Positions 43,093 to 51,760 of a stretch of DNA of 64,000 nucleotides are shown here, in pieces. The DNA lies in the IMG/VR virus record IMGVR_UViG_3300047493_000037, positions 94,713-158,712 of that record; one strand, written 5' to 3'. Each line of letters starts with the position of its first letter. Within the stretch, counting starts at the first letter, position 1. A model generated the notes under the pieces. That model saw only the letters and a program-made list of their open reading frames with translations, did not search any database and was not told the origin of the DNA. The stretch comes from a virus (Duplodnaviria > Heunggongvirae > Uroviricota > Caudoviricetes). The position numbers and the translations under genes are program-made.

Positions 43093-43330
43093 TAGTTCCT
43101 ACCTTTTGGGCTAACTCTGCCAACTTAGAATGCTTAATCTCGTAACAGGATAGCATGGCGGACCTATGCTTGCTTCTGATCCACTCTCCACCCAATGGGC
43201 GAAACCAAACGCTTCCCACGTTAAGGTATTGACCGCTGCCTCCAGGTGGAACTCCTGCGTCAGCGTGCGTTACCTCAATCTCAAAACCGTCTTCAGTCTT
43301 CACTGTTATGCCAGTCATATATAGAACCAA
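42977..43330 (-). CDS. hypothetical protein
   Basis: 117-aa ORF; 3' end overlaps 42724..43092 by 116 nt. Confidence 0.4.
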   Translation of the reverse strand: MVLYMTGITVKTEDGFEIEVTHADAGVPPGGSGQYLNVGSVWFRPLGGEWIRSKHRSAMLSCYEIKHSKLAELAQKVGTNDRPEASSDRSSTENVTVIEAKQRDSTSDADKRTARKS

Positions 43331-43441
43331 CTTAACCTTTTACGTTTTGCACTCGATATGATGCCAAGCTTATGGATTACTTGTATCAAGTTATACTTGT
43401 ACCAGTCAAGCTTAGAAATTCCATTATCGATGAAGACTTGC

Positions 43442-43738
43442 TTAGTAACCAAAAGAGAATTCTCTCTGAACTCTATCCGTTACGACCATGATCTTGATGC
43501 GCTCCAACGGCAGTACAATCCATTCAAATTCTAGGAGTTGGAGCTTCTTTGCCTTGGAGAGTGCAACCAATCTTGTGTGCAGCATCTTAGGAACCTCCGC
43601 CGTAGACCTAATAGCCCTTGCTTCTTCGCGAGTCATGAGGTCTTCCTTTATGAGAAAGTCCATCACCTCGTCGTAGATAGAACACAGCTCATCTAGGCGA
43701 GCAAGACATTCAATCTCTGTGCTAGTTTTGCTACTCAT
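43442..43738 (-). CDS. hypothetical protein
   Basis: 98-aa ORF. Confidence 0.5.
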   Translation of the reverse strand: MSSKTSTEIECLARLDELCSIYDEVMDFLIKEDLMTREEARAIRSTAEVPKMLHTRLVALSKAKKLQLLEFEWIVLPLERIKIMVVTDRVQREFSFGY

Positions 43739-43894
43739 CTTGCTGCTCTCTTATTCATCAGTCGACTAATCGACCACCATATTAACCCATAGAATGCAAA
43801 TACACCAAGCATAGTGGGCTTAAGATATATGCAGTAGGCTAATGCACACACAAGATTAACAGAGAGAATACTTAGAAACGTGATTGCAAATACA

Positions 43895-44083
43895 TCAAGT
43901 GCTTTGTTCATCATCCATCTTTATACAAACAGACGTCCAACTTGAGGCCCACGCTTTGGCTTTTGTCATTGCCTCTTCTTGGTTAGCGCACCTGTTGAAT
44001 GAGGTTAATGAAAAGCCTTTACTCGAAACTAGCTCGTACTCTCCATGTCCCACATCCTTAAGGATGAACTCGTGGTCGTACAT
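43895..44083 (-). CDS. hypothetical protein
   Basis: 62-aa ORF ending 1 nt before exonuclease gene. Confidence 0.4.
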   Translation of the reverse strand: MYDHEFILKDVGHGEYELVSSKGFSLTSFNRCANQEEAMTKAKAWASSWTSVCIKMDDEQST

Positions 44084-44664
44084 TAAAGTAAACTCTCAAG
44101 TTTCTTAACTACAGCAATACCAGCATAGTTATCGCCGCGGGCCGTATGCCAATCAGCGTCGATGTTAAAGAACTTAGCAAGACCAGAGAGACTCTCTGGC
44201 GCCATCGGGTCAAGTTTACCCTTACGTTTCAGCAAGGTTACAATAGTGGTGATATCATAGTGACGGTAGGATACAAACTCGTTCCAGGTCTTAGAGCCAA
44301 GAAGGTTGTCATTCACCCACTTAACATCGCCACCGATGTTCTTGCCCACGGGCATTAGCTTGATCTTGCCGTTAGAGCTATACTTCCACAAGAAGCTGCG
44401 AAGCTCTTGTCCCGCAGCGCTAGGATGTAGCGCAACCTTGTTGTGCTCGATGAGATCGATCTTGTTAATCTCCAGCGCAGACGCAGTGACCTTATAAATA
44501 GTGCTTCCCGTCTCGTCTACGTCTTTTGGCTTTAGCTTCAAGTCAAGTTCGTCGATGACACTAAAATCCTTATCGCACACGGCAAAGTGAGCTGATAGTA
44601 GAGAGATCTCGGTGCCGATGCCGCCAGATTCACAGTCAAAGGGTAGATATAATGCTTCGCTCAT
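44083..44664 (-). CDS. DEDDh 3'-5' exonuclease (DnaQ/RNase T-like, DexA-like)
   Basis: LPFDCESGG (Exo I D-x-E) and HTARGDN (Exo III H...D); 193 aa. Confidence 0.75.
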   Translation of the reverse strand: MSEALYLPFDCESGGIGTEISLLSAHFAVCDKDFSVIDELDLKLKPKDVDETGSTIYKVTASALEINKIDLIEHNKVALHPSAAGQELRSFLWKYSSNGKIKLMPVGKNIGGDVKWVNDNLLGSKTWNEFVSYRHYDITTIVTLLKRKGKLDPMAPESLSGLAKFFNIDADWHTARGDNYAGIAVVKKLESLL

Positions 44665-44882
44665 TTAATGTTTGCTCTTTTCTTTCCGGTTGCTCTCTCG
44701 AATAATTCTGTTAACGCTGCAGTTTTATACTCTTCCACATAATATCCAGTGGAGAGTGCGATAGTGTCTAGTTGATACTTAGTGAGATATGTGCATATAA
44801 GTGTATACTCTGCTGCACTTGACGCACGCTGGCTAACAAGCTTGCGCGCCCGCAAAATATTCCAAACATCTTTCTCACTCAT
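44661..44882 (-). CDS. hypothetical protein
   Basis: 73-aa ORF. Confidence 0.45.
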   Translation of the reverse strand: MSEKDVWNILRARKLVSQRASSAAEYTLICTYLTKYQLDTIALSTGYYVEEYKTAALTELFERATGKKRANIK

Positions 44883-45048
44883 TTTTGGGCAAAATCACAT
44901 CAAGAGCAACATCGAGCACGAGCATAACAAGCATTGCAGAAACACTACCAATAAATGCCCCAAATAGGGTTGCATGCAGAACGCCCAAATTGATAACAAA
45001 GCCAGCAAGCGCGCCAACAGAACAACCAAGCATGGATAAATGCTTCAT
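44875..45048 (-). CDS. small membrane protein
   Basis: Start at ATG 45046-45048 (MKHLSMLG...) giving ATGA overlap with ligase stop; two hydrophobic helices. Confidence 0.45.
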   Translation of the reverse strand: MKHLSMLGCSVGALAGFVINLGVLHATLFGAFIGSVSAMLVMLVLDVALDVILPKNE

Positions 45049-46184
45049 ACGAACCTCTCTCCCACTGGGAAAATCGGGCAACCATAAACACTGATATACT
45101 GATACTTGACCACAAGTTCCTTACCCTTCCAAAGTTTAGGATTCTTAAGGAATTCTTTGAGTCTTTCTTGTGGTCCGCGCATCTTAACCTTAAAGGTACA
45201 CTCATTGCACAAGCAATCCTTGTGTGGAGCAGTTGGGATTAGACACCTAAAGATGCCGCACTTAGCGTATGTTCCCTTGCCTTCAAAGCAATCCACGATG
45301 GGATAGTTGTCATCTTGGAACTCTTTGATCTTCTGCAAGTTGTAGCTGCGCTTGCTCTCATATAAGCCGTCAGCGTTACGAGCCATCCCGCCTTCATAAC
45401 CCAAAGCCAAGAACTGGTCGAACACTTCCATCATCTCATCCTCATCCTTGATGAGAATGGTTTGCACTAACTTCAGGTGCTTGAGGTTTCCGTGCTTCTT
45501 TTCGTATGTGTGCAACTCTGTTCCAAGTCGCTCGATTCGAGCCCCAAATCCGCTTTCCATTCTTTTATCATAGACGTGGTATTCGACATCGGCATGGTCT
45601 GGGAGAGGCACTTCTTGTCTAATGAGGTGAGTAATATGCTCAAAACCATCCTTGTAGGCATGGTTATACAACTCTCCGTCAATCTCGTGATAGCCTTTAG
45701 GATAAACATCTTGAAGCTCCTTCACAATGTGAGGCATGCTGGTGATAGGTTTTCTAGTTCTGCTCCAAAGAGTGGCAACACCGTTGTCAACAATGGCAAG
45801 ACACCTATGTCCGTTGAGCTTAGGTTGCTCATAGGCTGGAAACACAATCTTGTGCCCATGGTCAGCATACTTATGAGCAAGCATGCAGTCATAACCGCCA
45901 TCGATATCTTTCTCGCCGGCTTCAGCTCTGTTTACATCCTCAACGTAGCCGCTCTTGATCTTGCCTTCCCAGCGAGAAGTGGCCTCAGCTAAAGCTTGCT
46001 CGGCAGGAGTAGTCTCGTTGGATTTACCAATGTTCTTGCCAACCTTAATGGTTTCAACCTTGCGCTGGATCTTTCCACCTTGCTGCCCATGGTTAACAAC
46101 GATGTCATTCTTGTCGACTCCGATAGTCCACGTTTGGATCTTACCGGTAGATGCTTTTTTGAACAATGTGGGCAATGTAATCAC
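45045..46184 (-). CDS. ATP-dependent DNA ligase (T7-like size)
   Basis: Motif I KLNGHR (Asn in place of the usual Asp), motif III HEIDGELY, motif IV EGGMARN.DG, motif V LYESKRSYNLQKIKEF; 379 aa. Confidence 0.8.
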   Translation of the reverse strand: MITLPTLFKKASTGKIQTWTIGVDKNDIVVNHGQQGGKIQRKVETIKVGKNIGKSNETTPAEQALAEATSRWEGKIKSGYVEDVNRAEAGEKDIDGGYDCMLAHKYADHGHKIVFPAYEQPKLNGHRCLAIVDNGVATLWSRTRKPITSMPHIVKELQDVYPKGYHEIDGELYNHAYKDGFEHITHLIRQEVPLPDHADVEYHVYDKRMESGFGARIERLGTELHTYEKKHGNLKHLKLVQTILIKDEDEMMEVFDQFLALGYEGGMARNADGLYESKRSYNLQKIKEFQDDNYPIVDCFEGKGTYAKCGIFRCLIPTAPHKDCLCNECTFKVKMRGPQERLKEFLKNPKLWKGKELVVKYQYISVYGCPIFPVGERFV

Positions 46185-46227
46185 CTTGTGCCTCCAAATA
46201 TATCACATAGCATAATTAGGTACAGTT

Positions 46228-46665
46228 TCATAAAAACTTCTCCGCTAAGTATGCTAACGTTATTGCATGCAAGAGCTGATCAAAGCCAATAGTGGCGTAG
46301 AACCAATGATCTTCCCAGAATTGCCACTCTCCACCGTCACTCATTAGTGAATGATGTGGCTTACCCTGCATCAAACTTTTCCACTTATTGCCAAAACCAT
46401 CATAAAGTCTTTGACCTACGAACCACTTATATCCGCGCCAAATATTCCAGTCAATAACGCCATGGATCAAGGCATTGGCCGTAGCAAATTGCCAGTTAGT
46501 AAATAGTGCAAATATTGTCCACTGAATTGCTAGATGACCTGCGAGCCAAGAGAGATGAGAAGATTTCTTCTTTCCCATCTCCCTCGGCTGTAGTAAAAAG
46601 TCTGCAGTAAAATGCAAAGCTAGTAGCTTTGCAAACAGCTGGCATGCTTCGGAAGAGATTATCAT
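46228..46665 (-). CDS. membrane protein (Trp-rich, DUF3307-like)
   Basis: 145-aa ORF with several hydrophobic segments. Confidence 0.5.
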   Translation of the reverse strand: MIISSEACQLFAKLLALHFTADFLLQPREMGKKKSSHLSWLAGHLAIQWTIFALFTNWQFATANALIHGVIDWNIWRGYKWFVGQRLYDGFGNKWKSLMQGKPHHSLMSDGGEWQFWEDHWFYATIGFDQLLHAITLAYLAEKFL

Positions 46666-46685
46666 GATTTATTATACGATCGGGA

Positions 46686-47357
46686 TTACAGCTTGACCGA
46701 TTTCTTGAGTGCTTCCACGTTCGCGAGGATAGCACGTCCTTGTTCGGTCTGCTCGAGGATCTTCTTGGTGAGCTCGGCGCGAACCGTAGCTCCACGCTTG
46801 CTCAAGCGTGCAACTTCATCGTTGAGGGCAGAGTATCTCTGACCGACATCTTTGTAGGAAGCAACGAGCGTTGCTGCGATTTTCTCTTTTTCCGCCTTGA
46901 CGGACTTTGAGAAGTCACCGTGGATGCTGAGCGTGTTATTGTCATACTGTTGTCTCCAGACGCGCAAGCGAGCGCTGCTTTCAAAATACTGAATAACCCC
47001 TTCTTCGTCATTGCGGTTCCGGGAGCGAGGATCGGCGCGCAACTCAATGTACGCATCCACAGTGACTGTTGCCTTGGGAAACTTGGCCTTGAAAGCCTTG
47101 GTGAGCGCGGAATACTCAGACAAGACGGCCTTCTTAAGTTCTTCGCCGCAAGAAGTCTTGAAGTCCTTGATTTGCTTGCCGATAGCTTCGTTCTCTTCCC
47201 TGGTGGTTTGGAGCAAGACATCAAGCTGAGCGCGACGCTCCTCAATGACCATGTCGACGAGGTCACTCTTGGACAATTTCATGTCCACCTGAGAGAGCAC
47301 TTCCGTGCTGAGAGCCATGCTGGGTACGGTAACGACTTCCTTAATTTCCTTTTTCAT
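46686..47357 (-). CDS. hypothetical coiled-coil protein
   Basis: Start at ATG 47355-47357 preceded by GGAGGAAA SD; track start 47492 adds a hydrophobic extension with no RBS. Confidence 0.6.
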   Translation of the reverse strand: MKKEIKEVVTVPSMALSTEVLSQVDMKLSKSDLVDMVIEERRAQLDVLLQTTREENEAIGKQIKDFKTSCGEELKKAVLSEYSALTKAFKAKFPKATVTVDAYIELRADPRSRNRNDEEGVIQYFESSARLRVWRQQYDNNTLSIHGDFSKSVKAEKEKIAATLVASYKDVGQRYSALNDEVARLSKRGATVRAELTKKILEQTEQGRAILANVEALKKSVKL

Positions 47358-47394
47358 TCGATTTCCTCCACAGTTAAATCGAATCAGAACAGAG

Positions 47395-48132
47395 TTAATC
47401 GCCGATACCAAAGCTAGAAAGAATGCCAAGTGTTGGGGTATAAGCGCTTCCGCCGCCATCAGTAGCATAATAGACTTGAACATTAAGTCCAACTACTTCA
47501 CCTTCTTTGTCAAACACTGGCCCACCGCTCATACCAGGTTGAAGAACACCATTGAGACACTTGATGAGGAAGGCATCGTTGGACTTGGGAAATAGGTTTT
47601 CGCAGTGAATAAAATGAGAACCCTGAGGATAGCCGCAGGCGAACACTACAGGCTCAATCTTAAGCTGCGTGGAGACTAGAATTGCGCCAGGAATAACGGA
47701 GAAATTACCATGAATCAAACCCCAATCCATGCGCGTGTTTACGCCGACTAGCTGTCCTTTGATGACAGCGCTACCGTCGTCGTTTACAACTCCCAGCTCT
47801 TGATCCTTCATCTTGCCTTCTTCATCAACTAGGCAATGTGCTGCAGTGAGAACATAGTTATTACCAATGACAACCCCAGTACAGACGAAGTCTCCACGGG
47901 CGTACAACCTAACAATTGATCTAGTTGGATCTACTTTAGAGCTTGGTGCTAGCTTTGGAAGGTTTTTGAACACTTGATGGCTTGAAACGGCGGCGGGAGG
48001 GAGAAGCATGCTAGTGAGAAACACTAGTCCAATTGCCATGTATGCTAAAGTGAAGACCAGCATTACTCCTTTTATGCAAGAACCTGTAAACTTAGCGAGA
48101 CCCTTAGCGAAGGAGATGAGTTGTGATAGCAT
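47395..48132 (-). CDS. trypsin-like (S1) serine protease with N-terminal signal anchor
   Basis: His motif LTAAHC, Ser motif GMSGGPV, N-terminal TM; 245 aa. Confidence 0.8.
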   Translation of the reverse strand: MLSQLISFAKGLAKFTGSCIKGVMLVFTLAYMAIGLVFLTSMLLPPAAVSSHQVFKNLPKLAPSSKVDPTRSIVRLYARGDFVCTGVVIGNNYVLTAAHCLVDEEGKMKDQELGVVNDDGSAVIKGQLVGVNTRMDWGLIHGNFSVIPGAILVSTQLKIEPVVFACGYPQGSHFIHCENLFPKSNDAFLIKCLNGVLQPGMSGGPVFDKEGEVVGLNVQVYYATDGGGSAYTPTLGILSSFGIGD

Positions 48133-48186
48133 GATGGCCTTTCAAATTAGATTGCTAATCTAATTTTACCTCGCAACGAGTAAGTA

Positions 48187-48996
48187 TCACCTGCTGAGCG
48201 CTTCTCTCACAAGCTTTCCAGTAGCAACTGCAGTAGCTTGTGAAGTGCCAGTCATGCGTCCAAACTTTCCGCCAGGCAGAGTTGAGAGAACTTCCGTACC
48301 AATTTCCCAGCGCTTAATATAGCTACCATAGTTAGAACTAGGCGCACGCTTAACTTCATCGATGTTGTCTTGTAAGTTACCAACAACCACAATCCTGTCG
48401 TCGTAGCAAGCAGGGAAGTAGTCGCATTTACTCGGAGCTGGTTCATCTGGGATTACACTTAATGGTCCAGGAAGCGCGTGATAGTTTGGTGCCTTGCTTG
48501 CACCGTCTAACGCATTCTTGTCACCAAGATCCGTGTGCTCATTGCCTGCGGCAACTACCACCTTAATACCTTTATTCAAGGCATCAACAATGAGACTATA
48601 CTCGTCTGAAGACCAACCAGGTCCACCACCAGAAATGTTGATGAAGTCAACCTTGATGTTAATAGCGTACTGAATCGCCTCAAGCAATGCACGCTTGTTC
48701 TGATAGCCAGTGTGGTACTCAGAGAAGTACTTGATGGCGACCAGACAATAATCACCAAAGCCAGCATTAGAACTCACTAACCCAGCAATGTGAGTGCCAT
48801 GCCCATTAGTGTCTTCGGTTGGACTCAAGAGAGTGCGGCCGCGATAGGCGAAAGACTTATGACCCATCTTGCAAAGATTGGGCAATGTCTTATCGACACC
48901 GGTATCAATGATAGCGATGGTGATAGTTTTGCTGTATGCCAACGCGGGCATCACGAACATCGAGGCTAAAACAGCGAGTTTAAGTGCTTTCACCAT
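48187..48996 (-). CDS. subtilisin-like (S8) serine protease, secreted
   Basis: Asp IAIIDTGVD, His NGHGTHIAGL, Ser GTSQATAVATG; signal peptide MVKALKLAVLASMFVMPALA; start ATG 48994-48996 with GGAGGA SD. Confidence 0.85.
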   Translation of the reverse strand: MVKALKLAVLASMFVMPALAYSKTITIAIIDTGVDKTLPNLCKMGHKSFAYRGRTLLSPTEDTNGHGTHIAGLVSSNAGFGDYCLVAIKYFSEYHTGYQNKRALLEAIQYAINIKVDFINISGGGPGWSSDEYSLIVDALNKGIKVVVAAGNEHTDLGDKNALDGASKAPNYHALPGPLSVIPDEPAPSKCDYFPACYDDRIVVVGNLQDNIDEVKRAPSSNYGSYIKRWEIGTEVLSTLPGGKFGRMTGTSQATAVATGKLVREALSR

Positions 48997-49189
48997 GAGA
49001 TCCTCCAATGATCTTTAAGATCATTGAGTATATCTCGTTTCGGTATTCATCGCCAGGTTCAACAGAGGCACAGACGCTCTTGATATCACCGTCAGTGTAG
49101 CCTTTAGCGCGCATAGATTCAAACAGCTCGTAAGCTTCATTGTGAATTCTATTCTTACTTCTGATCCTGTCGTCTTCGTACATTCCCAT
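48980..49189 (-). CDS. hypothetical protein
   Basis: 69-aa ORF. Confidence 0.4.
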   Translation of the reverse strand: MGMYEDDRIRSKNRIHNEAYELFESMRAKGYTDGDIKSVCASVEPGDEYRNEIYSMILKIIGGSHGEST

Positions 49190-49198
49190 TGCAGGGTT

Positions 49199-49483
49199 CT
49201 ACTTTCTCTTGTTGGACTTCACTGGTGCAAAGTCTCCAGCCAACAAAGCAGCAACCTCACCCTTCGTGTAGGTTTGATAGTTGTAATCTGCTGGTGGTCT
49301 TTCAGGTTCAACGTACGGAGAAGTAGATGCTTCAACTAGAGCGTTGACTTCATCTTGGTCGATAAGATAACTAAGTACCATTCGATACTTAGACCTAGGT
49401 TGTTCTTCGTACTCTTCTTGCTCGAATTCGGGTTCGTACTGACGTACGGGTTCCCTAGTCTTCTGTTTATTTTTTTTGGCCAA
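49199..49483 (-). CDS. hypothetical protein
   Basis: 94-aa ORF. Confidence 0.5.
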   Translation of the reverse strand: MAKKNKQKTREPVRQYEPEFEQEEYEEQPRSKYRMVLSYLIDQDEVNALVEASTSPYVEPERPPADYNYQTYTKGEVAALLAGDFAPVKSNKRK

Positions 49484-49535
49484 GAAGTCTCCCTTTAGGA
49501 CATTGTATCACTCCGAAGAGTGAGCGAACCTAAGG

Positions 49536-49898
49536 TTAAGTCTTCGTGGTCGCAACTGCTTCCGTGCCCAGGGTTTGCTCAAGAGCTTCATCGAAACCCA
49601 TATCGTAAGTGACATTACGGCACTCTTCCACGATTTCCTTGAACATTTCGTCCTGGAACGCTTCGTGCTCAGTGTAACCGATCGCCTTGCAGACCTGCAA
49701 CTTAACTTCGTTCTGGTTCTCCCAAGTAGGTTCCTTAGAGAACTTCTCGAAAGCTGCCTTCAATGCTGGAGGCATAGGAACTTCGAAGTGAGTCCAGAAG
49801 TCAGCCGCACCGCTGCAATCTTCAGGCGTGATCGACACCGTTTTCGAAACTTCCTGCAGCGCGTTGTTCTCAGACTCTTTAACTTCATTATTAGCCAT
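49536..49898 (-). CDS. hypothetical acidic protein
   Basis: 120-aa ORF. Confidence 0.55.
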   Translation of the reverse strand: MANNEVKESENNALQEVSKTVSITPEDCSGAADFWTHFEVPMPPALKAAFEKFSKEPTWENQNEVKLQVCKAIGYTEHEAFQDEMFKEIVEECRNVTYDMGFDEALEQTLGTEAVATTKT

Positions 49899-50000
49899 AT
49901 TAATTCTCCTCGATGATGTGCTAGTTTCAGATTTTTACCCTCTGTATTTTCCACCAGTTAGCTCGCAGTGATCAACTTAGGTACATGATAATATAGGAGA

Positions 50001-51038
50001 ATGACAAAAGTTGACGAGTTAATTAAGAAGTTTCAAGAGTTTAAAGAAGAGCTTAACAAGAACGGCGTCAATATGTCTTGCACGTCAATGCCTAACGCAA
50101 CCACGGGAACTTCTGGTGGTGAAGGCGGAATGTATCGCTCTGAAGTAGATAAGGCAGAAGCTACTAAAGACGCAAAAGTTATCTCAACCAATAAACTTAT
50201 CAAGCCAAGCCAAGTAGAAGATCAGGGCGCATCTAACTTCAAGATTAAGTCTCCTAAAGGAACAAAGATTTCTGGTGGTTCTCGTCACCCAATGACTCAA
50301 GATGTTCCACAGCTAAGACAAAGTGAAGTAGACAAATGTGGCGAAGATATGATGGCCATGTCTGAAGACGTAATTAAGTTTGAGAAGAACGGCCAATGGA
50401 GTTTGAACAAGAGCGCATTCAAAACACTTCAAGGCAAGATCGAGCGTGAAGGCCATAGCAAGGAATCTGCGGGTGCAATTACTGCTTCAATAGGCAGGAA
50501 AGAACTTGGTCAGAAAGAGATGACTGCAAGATCTAAGGCTGGCATGAACAAGGTTGACCCAGATGAGAATGTCAATATCGCCCATCCTCAAGGCAAGGCT
50601 AAGATGGCTAACGGCGTTAACAAAGGCGAAGACGGTATCGACAACGCAAGAGAAGGTACGAGCCAGCGCATTGCTAATCCCCCTGTTAAGGATGTCGGAG
50701 ATGCTCGTGGCAAGATTCACATGGTTAAAGATGAAGGCATAAATGAGAAAGCTGCCTCTTCTAAGCCACACAATAAAGGCAAGTTTAAGGTGATGGACGA
50801 AGTCACTGAAAAAGAATCTAAGAAAGAAAAAGTCACTGGACTACCTTATAGTGGTGATGACAAGAAGATGCATAAGGCGGATGGCACCAACCATGAAGCA
50901 ACAATGAATGCAACAGCTCCAAAAGACCCTAAGGGTCAAGTTCACGTCGTGCAGCACAAAGGCACTGGACCTCAAGGTAACAATGCTAAAGGCAATGACG
51001 AGAACAAAGCTCCTGGCCGCGGAACGCTAAGCGTTTAA
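50001..51038 (+). CDS. Lys/Gly-rich low-complexity (likely disordered) protein
   Basis: 345-aa plus-strand ORF with TAGGAGA SD 5 nt upstream. Confidence 0.65.
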   Translation: MTKVDELIKKFQEFKEELNKNGVNMSCTSMPNATTGTSGGEGGMYRSEVDKAEATKDAKVISTNKLIKPSQVEDQGASNFKIKSPKGTKISGGSRHPMTQDVPQLRQSEVDKCGEDMMAMSEDVIKFEKNGQWSLNKSAFKTLQGKIEREGHSKESAGAITASIGRKELGQKEMTARSKAGMNKVDPDENVNIAHPQGKAKMANGVNKGEDGIDNAREGTSQRIANPPVKDVGDARGKIHMVKDEGINEKAASSKPHNKGKFKVMDEVTEKESKKEKVTGLPYSGDDKKMHKADGTNHEATMNATAPKDPKGQVHVVQHKGTGPQGNNAKGNDENKAPGRGTLSV

Positions 51039-51691
51039 CTCCAATTTAAGGCAGCAGCCACATCAGGAAGTCTACCCTTGAGTAGGTTTCTGCACTCTAT
51101 CGCTATGTCAGCGTGTTCCTTCTGTGTTCCATTACCGGAACGCAACTCAATATAATGAATCCAAGAGCGCACCGACCCGCTCATATAAATAATAGTAGCT
51201 GTATTTAGCGGAAGTAGAAACCTAGCTTGCTCCTTTGCTACACCCTTTGCCAACGCGTCTTCATAAAGCTTATACTGACGCTCCCATGTTTCTTTCTGCG
51301 TGTGCTCAAACCAATTCTTGGTTGTCTCGTCCATGTCATCTATTGAGTTTTGTCTGTTCTTACTATCTTGTCTACGAGCAGGATAAGGAATGTACTCTGA
51401 GGATGCAGCATACCTCTGGCTAAACTCTTGAAACGTGAAAGAGCGATGGCGAAGTATCTGGGCAGCAATGGCACGAGAAGTTTTAATCTCCATCGTAGCG
51501 AACGAGTGCTCGAAGATGCTCCAGTGTTCGTGCGTGATACAATACTTAATAAGCTTACTTCCTGTCTCAAAGCTCATCTGATTATTCGGATTACTCACCC
51601 GTGCGACGTACGAGATTATATCTTGCGCGCTCTTCCCCACAAGATCTTCTACACCTTCCGTTATCGCAACTAATTTTACGCTTTGATCCAT
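51035..51691 (-). CDS. thyX: flavin-dependent thymidylate synthase
   Basis: ThyX motif RHRSFTFQEFS (RHR-x7-S); start at ATG 51689-51691 with AGAGGGA SD (219 aa); track start 51910 would overlap nrdJ. Confidence 0.85.
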   Translation of the reverse strand: MDQSVKLVAITEGVEDLVGKSAQDIISYVARVSNPNNQMSFETGSKLIKYCITHEHWSIFEHSFATMEIKTSRAIAAQILRHRSFTFQEFSQRYAASSEYIPYPARRQDSKNRQNSIDDMDETTKNWFEHTQKETWERQYKLYEDALAKGVAKEQARFLLPLNTATIIYMSGSVRSWIHYIELRSGNGTQKEHADIAIECRNLLKGRLPDVAAALNWS

Positions 51692-51721
51692 TTTTATCCC
51701 TCTGTTAATGCGTTCAACTGG

Positions 51722-51760
51722 TAAAATAATTATACTTACCGCATGATAAATAATCATACA
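51722..51760 (-). promoter_or_regulatory. putative thyX promoter in divergent thyX/nrdJ intergenic region
   Basis: Minus-strand aaGTATAATtattt about 30 nt upstream of thyX ATG. Confidence 0.3.
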
